DNA from: an uncultured Alphaproteobacteria bacterium
Lineage (GTDB): Bacteria > Pseudomonadota > Alphaproteobacteria > Rickettsiales > UBA1997
DNA length: 64,000 nt
Direction of reading: 5' to 3'
NCBI GenBank assembly: GCA_903937405.1
Contig: CAIZZE010000039.1
Coordinates: 3,185 to 67,184, forward strand
The translations under genes and the position numbers were made by a program. This document shows positions 9,607 to 18,327 of this stretch, piece by piece. A model generated the notes under the pieces. It was not told where the DNA came from, made no database searches, and worked only from the letters and a program-made list of their open reading frames with translations. The first letter of the stretch is position 1. Each line of letters begins with the position of its first letter.

Positions 9607-10524
9607 TTAATTGAAGTGACTATTTAAATCTATTTTTAAAATTTGAATCCCGAATAATTTTATAAAAAGCTTGCCATATTTAAGCCTAATCAAAAATAGC
9701 TTTTTGTGAATTAAGTATCTGCTGAAGTGGTTGAATATGTGATTAACTCTGAGAAGATTATCCAAACCAATTCTGCGTACGAGATTGTTGTTAATAATTT
9801 TAAGATTTTTATCGCTAATAAAATCCTTGAAATGATCAGCTGTAAAGCAAGCAAGAACTAAAATTTTAATTTTTAAAAAAGGATATCCCTCGCTAATCAA
9901 GCGCTTGAGAATTTTTTTATTACTGATGTCTTTGAAAAAAATCTGACCAAAAAAACTCCCTACCTTAAAACCACTTTCGGTTAAAGCTTTAGTCAAACCA
10001 ACCTCGTATTTCTCAATTACATCATCAATCGAATTTTCTTTTTTGACGTTATTTAAAAAACTATCAAAACCCTTGTCTTTAAAAGCCTTAGACCCGACAA
10101 TAAAAAAATAACTATGAACGTGATTATGACCATATTGAAAACTTTCTGCGATACCCCAGAAATCTAAACATTTTTTAGACATATCTTCAAAAATCTGAGT
10201 CAAATCTTTGATCAAATAACACGAATCATTAGCAAAAATTATCTCTTCAATAGTATTTAATTCGTTGAGATATTTATCTTTCAAAAGATTAAACCCTCTC
10301 TTGTAACTTCCAAAATCGTACTCTCCATGCTTAACGGCAATCACATCAGAACATATTATCGAAATTTTTTCTCTCTCGCTATCTGCAAGATCTCCGTCTG
10401 AAACAAAAATTATTTTTCTCGAAACCTGTGCCAGCCCCAACAAATAATTTACTACATATTCGTCAATCAGTTGCTCCTTATCAAAATGAGCAAATATCGC
10501 GATGCGTTTGTTGGAAGCGCTCAT
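9607..10524 (-). CDS. Rhamnan-synthesis-F (RgpF)-family protein, paralogue 3
   Basis: 305 aa. RIAIFAHFDKEQLIDEYVVNYL...GEYDFGSYKRG...HSYFFIV. Confidence 0.65.
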   Translation of the reverse strand: MSASNKRIAIFAHFDKEQLIDEYVVNYLLGLAQVSRKIIFVSDGDLADSEREKISIICSDVIAVKHGEYDFGSYKRGFNLLKDKYLNELNTIEEIIFANDSCYLIKDLTQIFEDMSKKCLDFWGIAESFQYGHNHVHSYFFIVGSKAFKDKGFDSFLNNVKKENSIDDVIEKYEVGLTKALTESGFKVGSFFGQIFFKDISNKKILKRLISEGYPFLKIKILVLACFTADHFKDFISDKNLKIINNNLVRRIGLDNLLRVNHIFNHFSRYLIHKKLFLIRLKYGKLFIKLFGIQILKIDLNSHFN

Positions 10525-10526
10525 AT

Positions 10527-11438
10527 CTATCCTCTGCTATTGCCATTTTTATCAAAAGCTCTTAAACCAATAAAAAATGCCAAAGAACCTGCGCAACCTC
10601 CAAGATTTTTTACCAACTTTTCCGCATCAAATCTTAACGCAAAAACCAAACTCTTCACCAAATAAACCAGAACAAATTTAAATGCCGAGCGTTTGGCGCG
10701 CAGCTTTCCTTTGCGCAAATATTTCCAATAAAGCTTTGACCAAGATAAATGCCAACTTTTTTTGTAGGTCACTTTTAGACTAGAGCCAGAAGACTTTCCG
10801 CCGCCGCCAATGTGAAATGCGGTTGCTGAAGGAATAACAAAATTGTAAAAACCGTTAGCCCTAACTCTAGCACAAATTTCATCATCTTCGTAATAAAGAA
10901 AAATCTCCTTATCGAAAAATCCAATTTTTTTCATCGTGGCAACTTGCATAAAAAGTGCAGCACCGATTAAAAATCTTACTGAAAAATTGCCGTCGATTTT
11001 TTCGTAATACTTATCTTTTATGCCCGCCAAATCTTGTTCCATGTTGGCAATTTTTTCTGCCAATTCTTTTTGCTCTAGTGGAAAATTATTAAGAATCACT
11101 GGCCCTGCCATTGCGACAAGCAGATTTTTCTTCATCACCTCCAAAACAATCTCAATATCTTTTTCAAAAATGACTGCATCAGGATTTAAGATCAGCGCAA
11201 ACTCTGTTTCTACCTGATTCAAAGCCATATTATTACCATTGCCGTAACCAATGTTTCTTGGCAATTCTTGCACCAAAACTTGTGGAAAATTTTGTCTAAC
11301 AAATTCTGCAGTGCCGTCTTTGCTGGCGTTATCTACAACCACGACTTTGTATTTTTCAAAATTCAAAACCTCTAAGCAGCTCTTAATAATTTTAGCGCTG
11401 TTATAGGTTAAAATAATAATGGTTAGGTTTAATGGCAT
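10527..11438 (-). CDS. Family 2 glycosyltransferase (rhamnosyltransferase-like)
   Basis: I prefer the start at internal Met MPLNLTIIILTYNSAKII (ATG at 11438); the track ORF extends to 11468. GT2 signatures are present: ILTYN, VVDNASKDGT, YYEDDE. Confidence 0.8.
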   Translation of the reverse strand: MPLNLTIIILTYNSAKIIKSCLEVLNFEKYKVVVVDNASKDGTAEFVRQNFPQVLVQELPRNIGYGNGNNMALNQVETEFALILNPDAVIFEKDIEIVLEVMKKNLLVAMAGPVILNNFPLEQKELAEKIANMEQDLAGIKDKYYEKIDGNFSVRFLIGAALFMQVATMKKIGFFDKEIFLYYEDDEICARVRANGFYNFVIPSATAFHIGGGGKSSGSSLKVTYKKSWHLSWSKLYWKYLRKGKLRAKRSAFKFVLVYLVKSLVFALRFDAEKLVKNLGGCAGSLAFFIGLRAFDKNGNSRG

Positions 11439-11569
11439 TTTTAAAATTATTGATTGGCTAAAAACCAACTTACCGTTTTATTAGTTAATTTATTTTACGA
11501 ATACGCCATTTAAGTTGAGGATATCGAGTTCAGTTTCTCGAATCACTTTTGCCATAAATCAAAGCTGAT

Positions 11570-12145
11570 TTAAGAATTAGAGTCCGCTTTAAAGTAAGCT
11601 CTTCTAGCTATTTTATCTATCATAGCAAAATGATCTTTACGTCTTAAAATGTAGTCTTCCTTCTTAAATATAAAATGAAAATTCTCGTAATCTTCTTTTA
11701 CAATAACTGATCCCATTCTCAGATGAAAATTGATGACTGATTTATTATTTTTTCTAACATCAAAATGTGATTGAGAAAATCCTAAAGTGAAAAAGGCATA
11801 TTCATAAAGCAAAATAGCCGATTCAAAGCTGGAGCGCATTCTTTCTTCGGGTAAAATAATCCAACTCCCCCAACAAAAACTATCTTCAATCAAATCATAA
11901 ATTCGAATTGTGCCAACGGGTTTATTAACTTTATTTTCTATGATAAAATACCATTCCCGAGAATTTTTGCGCGATGTAATCCAATTTCTCTGTTTAACAA
12001 CATCATTTTCAACCGCAGAAATATTTTTGTTTAAAGCTGAATCTGTTCTTAACAATAAAATGAACTCCGCATCATTTTCTTCAACTATCCTAAAATTAAT
12101 ATTTTTGCCTTCAATTGTGGTTAGTTTATTACAATTCAAATCCAT
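11570..12145 (-). CDS. GNAT-family N-acetyltransferase (probable sugar or amino-sugar acetylase of the glycan locus)
   Basis: 191 aa. INFRIVEENDAEFILLLR... N-terminus and GNAT-like length and organisation, sitting inside the rml locus. The family call comes from general pattern only. Confidence 0.5.
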   Translation of the reverse strand: MDLNCNKLTTIEGKNINFRIVEENDAEFILLLRTDSALNKNISAVENDVVKQRNWITSRKNSREWYFIIENKVNKPVGTIRIYDLIEDSFCWGSWIILPEERMRSSFESAILLYEYAFFTLGFSQSHFDVRKNNKSVINFHLRMGSVIVKEDYENFHFIFKKEDYILRRKDHFAMIDKIARRAYFKADSNS

Positions 12146-12208
12146 TTTTAAAAATCCGTAATTTTAATTTTTAATATTTTTTTCTTAAAAAAAATCATCG
12201 GTACTTGA

Positions 12209-13213
12209 TTATAAATTTATTAAAAACCACGTCACCGTTTCTTGCAAACGCTCTTCAAAAGATTTTGAAACCTTGTAACCAAGTTCTGCAATAACTTTGG
12301 CATTATCAATCGCATAACGCTTGTCGTGGCCCAAGCGGTCTTGAACAAAATTAATTTGTTTTGCGTAAGATTTTTTGTCAGCGCGTGGTTTTAAAACATC
12401 GAGAATTTCACAGATTTTATAGGCAATTTCGATATTGGTTTTTTCGCATTCTCCACCAAAACAATAAGTTTGCCCTATTCTTCCTTCATGTAAAGCTTTT
12501 AACAAGCCGTCAACGTGATCTTTTACAAAAATCCAGTCGCGGATATTTTTGCCATTACCATAAATCGGAATTATTTTATCCGAAATAGCAGAGCGAATAA
12601 TTGTTGGAATTAGTTTTTCGCTATGTTGATGCGGTCCGAAATTATTGGAGCAATTTGTGACGATCACCGGCAAAGAATAAGTTTCAAACCAAGCGCGCGC
12701 TAAATGGTCGGAAGCCGCTTTAGAAGCGGAATAAGGTGAATTTGGTTTGTAAGAAGATTCTTCGGTAAATTTCGGATCAGATTCTTCGAGCGATCCATAA
12801 ACTTCATCGGTTGAAACATGTAAAAAACGAAATTGCGATTTTTTTTCTGCGCTCAAATTTTTCCAATAATTAAGCCCGCAATTAAGCAAATTAAAAGTTC
12901 CAACAATGTTAGTCTGGATAAAACTTTCCGGAGATTTTATTGAATTATCGACATGCGATTCGGCAGCGAAGTGAACTATATAATCAATTTTTTCATCGAC
13001 TAAAATTTCATTAATCAATTTTTGATCGATGATATTTCCTTTGATGAATTTCAATGAATCTAGGTTTTTTATTTCGGCTAAATTTTGCATATTCGCTGCG
13101 TAAGTAAGCGCGTCCAAAACTATTGCTTTATGTCCAAGTTGAGCAATTTTAATTGCAAAATGGCTGCCGATAAACCCTGCGCCGCCGGTGATTAAGTAAT
13201 TTTTGATTGTCAT
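12209..13213 (-). CDS. rfbB: dTDP-glucose 4,6-dehydratase
   Basis: 334 aa. LITGGAGFIGSHF, HFAAESHVDNS, STDEVYG, YSASKAASDHL, a canonical RmlB. Confidence 0.93.
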   Translation of the reverse strand: MTIKNYLITGGAGFIGSHFAIKIAQLGHKAIVLDALTYAANMQNLAEIKNLDSLKFIKGNIIDQKLINEILVDEKIDYIVHFAAESHVDNSIKSPESFIQTNIVGTFNLLNCGLNYWKNLSAEKKSQFRFLHVSTDEVYGSLEESDPKFTEESSYKPNSPYSASKAASDHLARAWFETYSLPVIVTNCSNNFGPHQHSEKLIPTIIRSAISDKIIPIYGNGKNIRDWIFVKDHVDGLLKALHEGRIGQTYCFGGECEKTNIEIAYKICEILDVLKPRADKKSYAKQINFVQDRLGHDKRYAIDNAKVIAELGYKVSKSFEERLQETVTWFLINL

Positions 13214-13263
13214 TTTTTTATGTCTAAGAATTTTTGATTATTTACTTGTTGTAACACCGCATA

Positions 13264-13413
13264 GACCCCGTCGTAAAGACGGGGTGACAATGGAGCGAGA
13301 TCTTCCCAAGCTGTCAAGACGGGGTGACAATGGAGCGAGATCTTCCCAAGCTGTCAAGACGCGGGTGACAATGGGGGGAGATCTTCCCAAGCTGTCACCC
13401 CGTCTTTACGACG
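13264..13413. repeat. Family 2 hairpin/MITE-like element with an internal ~40-bp tandem triplication
   Basis: The left terminus GACCCCGTCGTAAAGACGGGGTGACA and right terminus TGTCACCCCGTCTTTACGACG are inverted copies. Between them are three copies of AAGACGGGGTGACAATGGAGCGAGATCTTCCCAAGCTGTC, the third slightly diverged. Confidence 0.85.
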
Positions 13414-13442
13414 ACTTCCACTCGATTTTGAAACATATTTAA

Positions 13443-14216
13443 TTACCCAAGGTTACTAGAAATTTTAGAAAACTGCACCCAGTTTTTCATGATTAATTTT
13501 TTCGCGCGCCAGAAAATCTGAAATCTTTCTAGCGGTTTTTTGGCATATTTTAATTGTACGGCGATTGTTTCCAATCTTTGCTTCAAAGCGTTTGCCGAAG
13601 AAATATTTTCACCAGTATGAACATTAAAAACCGCTGAAATGTTTATTGGATAAAAAAGTTTTTTCGCCGATGCCAAAGCCATGTTAAGTTCGTAATCCAT
13701 GCAATAACGATTTCTTTCGTTAAATTTGAATGAATCAAAAATCTGACGGCGATAATAAAAAGATTCTCCCGAACCAATTGGTGCATGCTTTATCAGGTTT
13801 CTTTTGGTAACGCGAATTGTGGCGCTCGCATCAAATGTGTTAAATAAACCTACGGAATAACTATTAAAATAAAGCACATCAAAACTGGAATTAGCTTGGG
13901 CGTAATAGGCCATTTCGTTGAAAAAATTCTTATGAAAAAAATCATCCGCACTCAAAAAACCAACAACATCGCCACTCGTATGTTTTAGGGCAATATTTCT
14001 GGCGTGAGAAATTCCCAAGTCTTTTTCCTTGATCCATTTTATGAAATGCGGGAAACGCGATTGGTAATCAGCAATTATTTTATGAGTGCCGTCAGTTGAA
14101 ATATTATCAATAATTACCAACTCTTTTTGTTCGTAATCCTGCGCCAGGAAAGACTCCACAGCTTTAGGCAAATATTTAGCCTCATTAAAAGTTGTGATGA
14201 TAACCGAAATTTTCAT
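13443..14216 (-). CDS. Family 2 glycosyltransferase
   Basis: 257 aa. MKISVIITTFNEAKYL...VIIDNISTDGT...SADDFF. Confidence 0.8.
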   Translation of the reverse strand: MKISVIITTFNEAKYLPKAVESFLAQDYEQKELVIIDNISTDGTHKIIADYQSRFPHFIKWIKEKDLGISHARNIALKHTSGDVVGFLSADDFFHKNFFNEMAYYAQANSSFDVLYFNSYSVGLFNTFDASATIRVTKRNLIKHAPIGSGESFYYRRQIFDSFKFNERNRYCMDYELNMALASAKKLFYPINISAVFNVHTGENISSANALKQRLETIAVQLKYAKKPLERFQIFWRAKKLIMKNWVQFSKISSNLG

Positions 14217-14300
14217 GAAATATTTTGTAGAAAGTTTTGAAAGGCACGTGTTTTATTAGATAACTAACTTATCTCTTCAAAATTTTAAAAATCAAAAAAT

Positions 14301-15185
14301 ATGTCAGACTTAGTCCCTTTTGATCAACGCGATGGCTTTATATGGTATAACGGAAAATTCGTTGAATGGAAAGAAGCCAAAGTACACGTTTTAAATCACG
14401 GCCTTCACTATGCTTCATGCGTGTTTGAAGGTGAAAAAATTTATGACAAAAAAATCTTTAAATGTACCGAACATTCCACGCGTTTACATGCTTCAGCAGA
14501 AATGATGGGTTTTGAAATTCCTTATTCGATTGAAGAATTAGATAAAATCAAAAAAGAATCTGTAGTTAAACAAAATATCCAAGACGGTTACATGCGCGCA
14601 TTTGCTTGGCGTGGTTCAGAAAAAATGGCAATTTCGGCGCAACATAACAAAATTCACGTAGCAGTTGCCTGCTGGCCATGGCCGCCATATTATTCGGAAG
14701 AAGCGCGCAGAGCCGGATTAAAATTAAAATTCGCTAAATATAAACGCCCTTCTCCCGAAACCGCACCAGTTGCAGCAAAGGCCGCTGGACTTTACATGAT
14801 TTGCACAATTTCCAAACATGAAGCCGAGCGCGAAGGTTATAATGATGCTTTGATGTTGGATTATCGTGGTTTTTTAGCTGAAGCAACTGGCGCCAATTTA
14901 TTTTTGGTAATGAAAAACGGCGAGCTCCACACGCCGCTTCCTGATTGTTTTTTAAATGGAATTACTCGTTTAACTGTAATTGAACTGGCAAAAAAACGCG
15001 GAATTAAAGTTGTAGAACGCCACATCAAACCAGAAGAATTGGCTGATGCAAAAGACGTTTTCTTAACCGGAAGTGCTGCTGAAATCACCAGAATTGGCGC
15101 GATTGAAGATAAACATTCTTATCCTGAAGCCAGCCAAATTACATTAGATTTAATGGATGATTATCACCGCTTGGTGCGCAGCTAA
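14301..15185 (+). CDS. ilvE: Branched-chain amino acid aminotransferase (fold-type IV PLP enzyme)
   Basis: 294 aa. ..IWYNGKFVEWKEAKVHVLNHGLHYASCVFEGEK.., ..GANLFLV..G.L.TP....LNGITR... Confidence 0.87.
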   Translation: MSDLVPFDQRDGFIWYNGKFVEWKEAKVHVLNHGLHYASCVFEGEKIYDKKIFKCTEHSTRLHASAEMMGFEIPYSIEELDKIKKESVVKQNIQDGYMRAFAWRGSEKMAISAQHNKIHVAVACWPWPPYYSEEARRAGLKLKFAKYKRPSPETAPVAAKAAGLYMICTISKHEAEREGYNDALMLDYRGFLAEATGANLFLVMKNGELHTPLPDCFLNGITRLTVIELAKKRGIKVVERHIKPEELADAKDVFLTGSAAEITRIGAIEDKHSYPEASQITLDLMDDYHRLVRS

Positions 15186-15748
15186 TGAAAGAAAAAATTC
15201 AGAATCTTTTTACCACCATTTTTCTGGGATTTTTTTGCTTCACTGTTTTTGAGGTTGCGACCTCAAAAACAGCTGCTTCGCAAAGTAATTATTTCCGCGT
15301 AAAATCGCATCCGCAATTTGATAAAAAATTCGCCGGGAAAACTCATGTTCTTGATGGCGATTCAATAAAAGTCGGATCAAAAGAAGTTCGTCTTTATGGA
15401 CTCGATGCGCCGGAATTTCACCAAACTTGTTTTGATGAAAAAAATGAAGAATATCGCTGCGGTCAAGCTAGTTATGATTTCTTAACTAAACTTGCTGAAG
15501 GAAAAGAAGTAAATTGCATCTATTCCGGCAAAGACAAATATGACCGCTTTCTTTCAAAATGTTTTATCGATAAAATTTCGATTAATGAAGAAATTGTAAA
15601 AAATGGCATGGCGGTGATTTATAATTTTACGGAAAGTAGTGAAACAATGAATGCTTTGGAAGCGCAGGCGCAGAAGGAAAAATCAGGAATTTGGAAAGGC
15701 GCTTTTCAGCTTCCGAAAGATTATCGCAAATCGCATCCAAGAAATTAA
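15185..15748 (+). CDS. Thermonuclease (staphylococcal nuclease, SNase-like) with an N-terminal signal/anchor
   Basis: 187 aa. Hydrophobic N-terminus, then VLDGDSIKV...VRLYGLDAPE...YDRFL..C....I.N.E.V.NG.A. Its start overlaps the ilvE stop. Confidence 0.75.
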   Translation: MKEKIQNLFTTIFLGFFCFTVFEVATSKTAASQSNYFRVKSHPQFDKKFAGKTHVLDGDSIKVGSKEVRLYGLDAPEFHQTCFDEKNEEYRCGQASYDFLTKLAEGKEVNCIYSGKDKYDRFLSKCFIDKISINEEIVKNGMAVIYNFTESSETMNALEAQAQKEKSGIWKGAFQLPKDYRKSHPRN

Positions 15749-15779
15749 TATAATCATTCAAGTTGAAGACATCGAACTT

Positions 15780-15860
15780 TCGATGTCATGCTGAGCTTGT
15801 CGAAGCATGATTCAAAGAACTGACCTGAATCATGCTTCGACAAGCTCAGCATGACATCGA
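15780..15860. repeat. Family 3 palindromic element (perfect 35-bp inverted arms)
   Basis: TCGATGTCATGCTGAGCTTGTCGAAGCATGATTCA (15780-15814) and its exact reverse complement (15826-15860) are separated by 11 bp. It lies between the nuclease gene and argC. Confidence 0.85.
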
Positions 15861-15914
15861 GTTCGGCTTTTTGAATCATTTGACCATATAAACTAAATAG
15901 ATTCTAAAAACAAA

Positions 15915-16964
15915 ATGAACAAAATCAAAGCTGCAATCATCGGCGCATCAGGTTATACGGGTGCTGAACTTATCAGAATTTTACTGAACCATAAAAAAGT
16001 GGAAATCAGCGCTTTAATCGCCAATAGCAATGCTGGACAAAAAATCGAACAGCTTTATCCGCATTTGGTTCATTACAATTTGCCTGATTTAAAAAAAATT
16101 GAAGAAATCGATTTTACTAAAATTGATGTGGTTTTTGGCTGCTTGCCGCATACAACTTCGCAAGAAACTTTTAAAAAACTTTTATCTGATCCAAAAAACT
16201 CTCACCTAAAAATCATCGATCTTTCTGCTGATTTCAGGCTGGAAAATCCTGACGATTATCAAAAATGGTACGATCACGAGCATATCGCCAAAGACTTACA
16301 ACCACAAGCAGTTTACGGCTTGCCAGAAATTCATAGAAACAAAATCAAAAAATCAAATTTAATCGCTTGTCCAGGTTGTTATCCAACTTCAGCTTTACTG
16401 CCTTTAATTCCACTTTTGGAAAATAACTTAATTGAAAAACATGATATTATTATTGATTCTAAATCAGGAGCCACAGGCGCTGGCAGATCACTAAAACAAG
16501 GCAATTTATTTTGTGAAATTAATGAATCAGTAAAAGCCTATTCAGTTGGCAAACACAGACATATGGGCGAAATTGAACAAGAGCTGGGAAAGGCTGCCAA
16601 TGCTGTAATTGAAATTGATTTCACACCGCATTTATTGCCGATAAATAGAGGAATTATTTCGACAATTTACGCTAAAATTAATCCAAAATTTTCAATTGAA
16701 GATGTCAAAAATTGTTTACAGACTAAATATGAAGACGAACCTTTCGTAAAAGTAATTGAAGGCGATCCAAATATTAAAGATGTTGTTGGCACAAATTTTT
16801 GCATAATGTCAGTTAAAAAAGCCAGAACTACAAATAAAGTTATTATCGTTTCAGTAATTGATAATCTGTGCAAAGGTGCTTCTGGTCAGGCTGTACAAAA
16901 TATGAATATTCTTTTTGGGCTTGATGAAAAAGAAGGTTTAGAATTAGCTCCGTTATTTCCTTAA
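15915..16964 (+). CDS. argC: N-acetyl-gamma-glutamyl-phosphate reductase
   Basis: 349 aa. IIGASGYTGAELIRIL N-terminus and catalytic CPGCYPTS motif. Confidence 0.9.
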   Translation: MNKIKAAIIGASGYTGAELIRILLNHKKVEISALIANSNAGQKIEQLYPHLVHYNLPDLKKIEEIDFTKIDVVFGCLPHTTSQETFKKLLSDPKNSHLKIIDLSADFRLENPDDYQKWYDHEHIAKDLQPQAVYGLPEIHRNKIKKSNLIACPGCYPTSALLPLIPLLENNLIEKHDIIIDSKSGATGAGRSLKQGNLFCEINESVKAYSVGKHRHMGEIEQELGKAANAVIEIDFTPHLLPINRGIISTIYAKINPKFSIEDVKNCLQTKYEDEPFVKVIEGDPNIKDVVGTNFCIMSVKKARTTNKVIIVSVIDNLCKGASGQAVQNMNILFGLDEKEGLELAPLFP

Positions 16965-16968
16965 ATAA

Positions 16969-18267
16969 ATGCCTACTATTTTCTCACCAATCACTTCACC
17001 AGTTCGAGCAGGAATTTCAGTGATTCGAATATCTGGTCCACAAGTTGTTTCTTGTTTGCAGATTCTTGGATTTAAAGGAAATCCTGAGCATTCAAAGATT
17101 ACATTTCAAAAAATTCGTGATCCAAAAACGTCAGAAATTATTGACGAAGTTTTAGTTTCTTTTTTTCAATCACCAAAAAGTTTTACTGGCGAAGATGTTG
17201 CTGAAATTTCAATTCACGCCTCACCTTTTATCGCTAAAAAAATTTTTGAAATTTTATCCGACCAAAAAAATTGTCGCTTCGCTGAAGCTGGCGAATTTTC
17301 CAAACGCGCTTTTTTAAATGGGAAACTTGATCTTGTTCAAGCTGAAGCAATTCCTGATTTAATTGCCGCTGAAACTGCAGCTCAACACAAACAAGCGCTG
17401 CGCCAACTTGAAGGAAAATTGGGTGCAATTTATGAAGATTGGCGTTTTCGACTTATAGAAATTTCGGCGATGATTGAAGCGGCGATTGATTTTCCCGATG
17501 AAGATTTACCAAAAAATATTATCGATAAAGTTGAAAGTGACGTTGAAAAACTAAAAAACGAAATCGCTTCCCATTTGAATGATAATAAAGTTGGTCAAAA
17601 AATTAAAGATGGCTTGAACCTTGCAATTATTGGCGCGCCGAATGTTGGAAAATCTAGTTTAATAAATTTTTTAGCTCAAAGCGAAGTGGCGATTGTTTCA
17701 GAAATTGCCGGAACCACGCGCGATGTTGTTGAAACTCATTTATCAATTGCTGGCGTTGCGGTTAAAATTTCTGACACTGCTGGAATTCGCGAAACTGAAG
17801 ATAAAATTGAAGCGGAAGGAATTCGTCGCGCCTTAAAAAAAGCCAGTGAAGCAGATTTAAAAATTTTCTTAATCGATGCAAAAAATCCGGTTTTACGCGC
17901 TGATTTAATTGATCAAAACACGATTATTGTCGTGAATAAAATTGATCTAGAATCTTTTAATTTTGATGGCGCCGTTGGAATCTCTTTGACCAACAATGTA
18001 AATACGACGCAATTACTTAAAAAACTGGAAGAAAAAATCCTCGAATTAATCCCTAACCACAATTCTCCACTCATAACTCAAGAGAGATATCGCTCTGCTT
18101 TGCGAAATTCTGTTACAAATTTGGAAAGTTTTTCTCTTGAAAAAAACATCGAGCTTGCAGCCGAAGACTTAAGAATGACGGCACGCGAGATCGGAAAAAT
18201 CAACGGAAAAGTTGATATAGAAAATATATTAGATGTGATTTTTTCGCGCTTTTGTATTGGAAAATAA
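16969..18267 (+). CDS. mnmE: tRNA modification GTPase MnmE (TrmE)
   Basis: 432 aa. G1 motif GAPNVGKSSL, DTAGIRE, NKIDL, and the diagnostic C-terminal CIGK. Confidence 0.92.
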   Translation: MPTIFSPITSPVRAGISVIRISGPQVVSCLQILGFKGNPEHSKITFQKIRDPKTSEIIDEVLVSFFQSPKSFTGEDVAEISIHASPFIAKKIFEILSDQKNCRFAEAGEFSKRAFLNGKLDLVQAEAIPDLIAAETAAQHKQALRQLEGKLGAIYEDWRFRLIEISAMIEAAIDFPDEDLPKNIIDKVESDVEKLKNEIASHLNDNKVGQKIKDGLNLAIIGAPNVGKSSLINFLAQSEVAIVSEIAGTTRDVVETHLSIAGVAVKISDTAGIRETEDKIEAEGIRRALKKASEADLKIFLIDAKNPVLRADLIDQNTIIVVNKIDLESFNFDGAVGISLTNNVNTTQLLKKLEEKILELIPNHNSPLITQERYRSALRNSVTNLESFSLEKNIELAAEDLRMTAREIGKINGKVDIENILDVIFSRFCIGK

Positions 18268-18327
18268 GAGTCGCTATCTAAAATCAATTTCAGAAATCTT
18301 TATAATTAAAAATATTAGACTAGAGAA

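Noticed and set aside
13203-13442. 79-aa ORF spanning the family 2 repeat (..HRPRRKDGVTMERDLPKLSRRGDNGARSSQ..)
   Set aside because: The sequence is a translation of the 40-bp tandem repeats and hairpin termini. It has no start context and overlaps the rfbB start.
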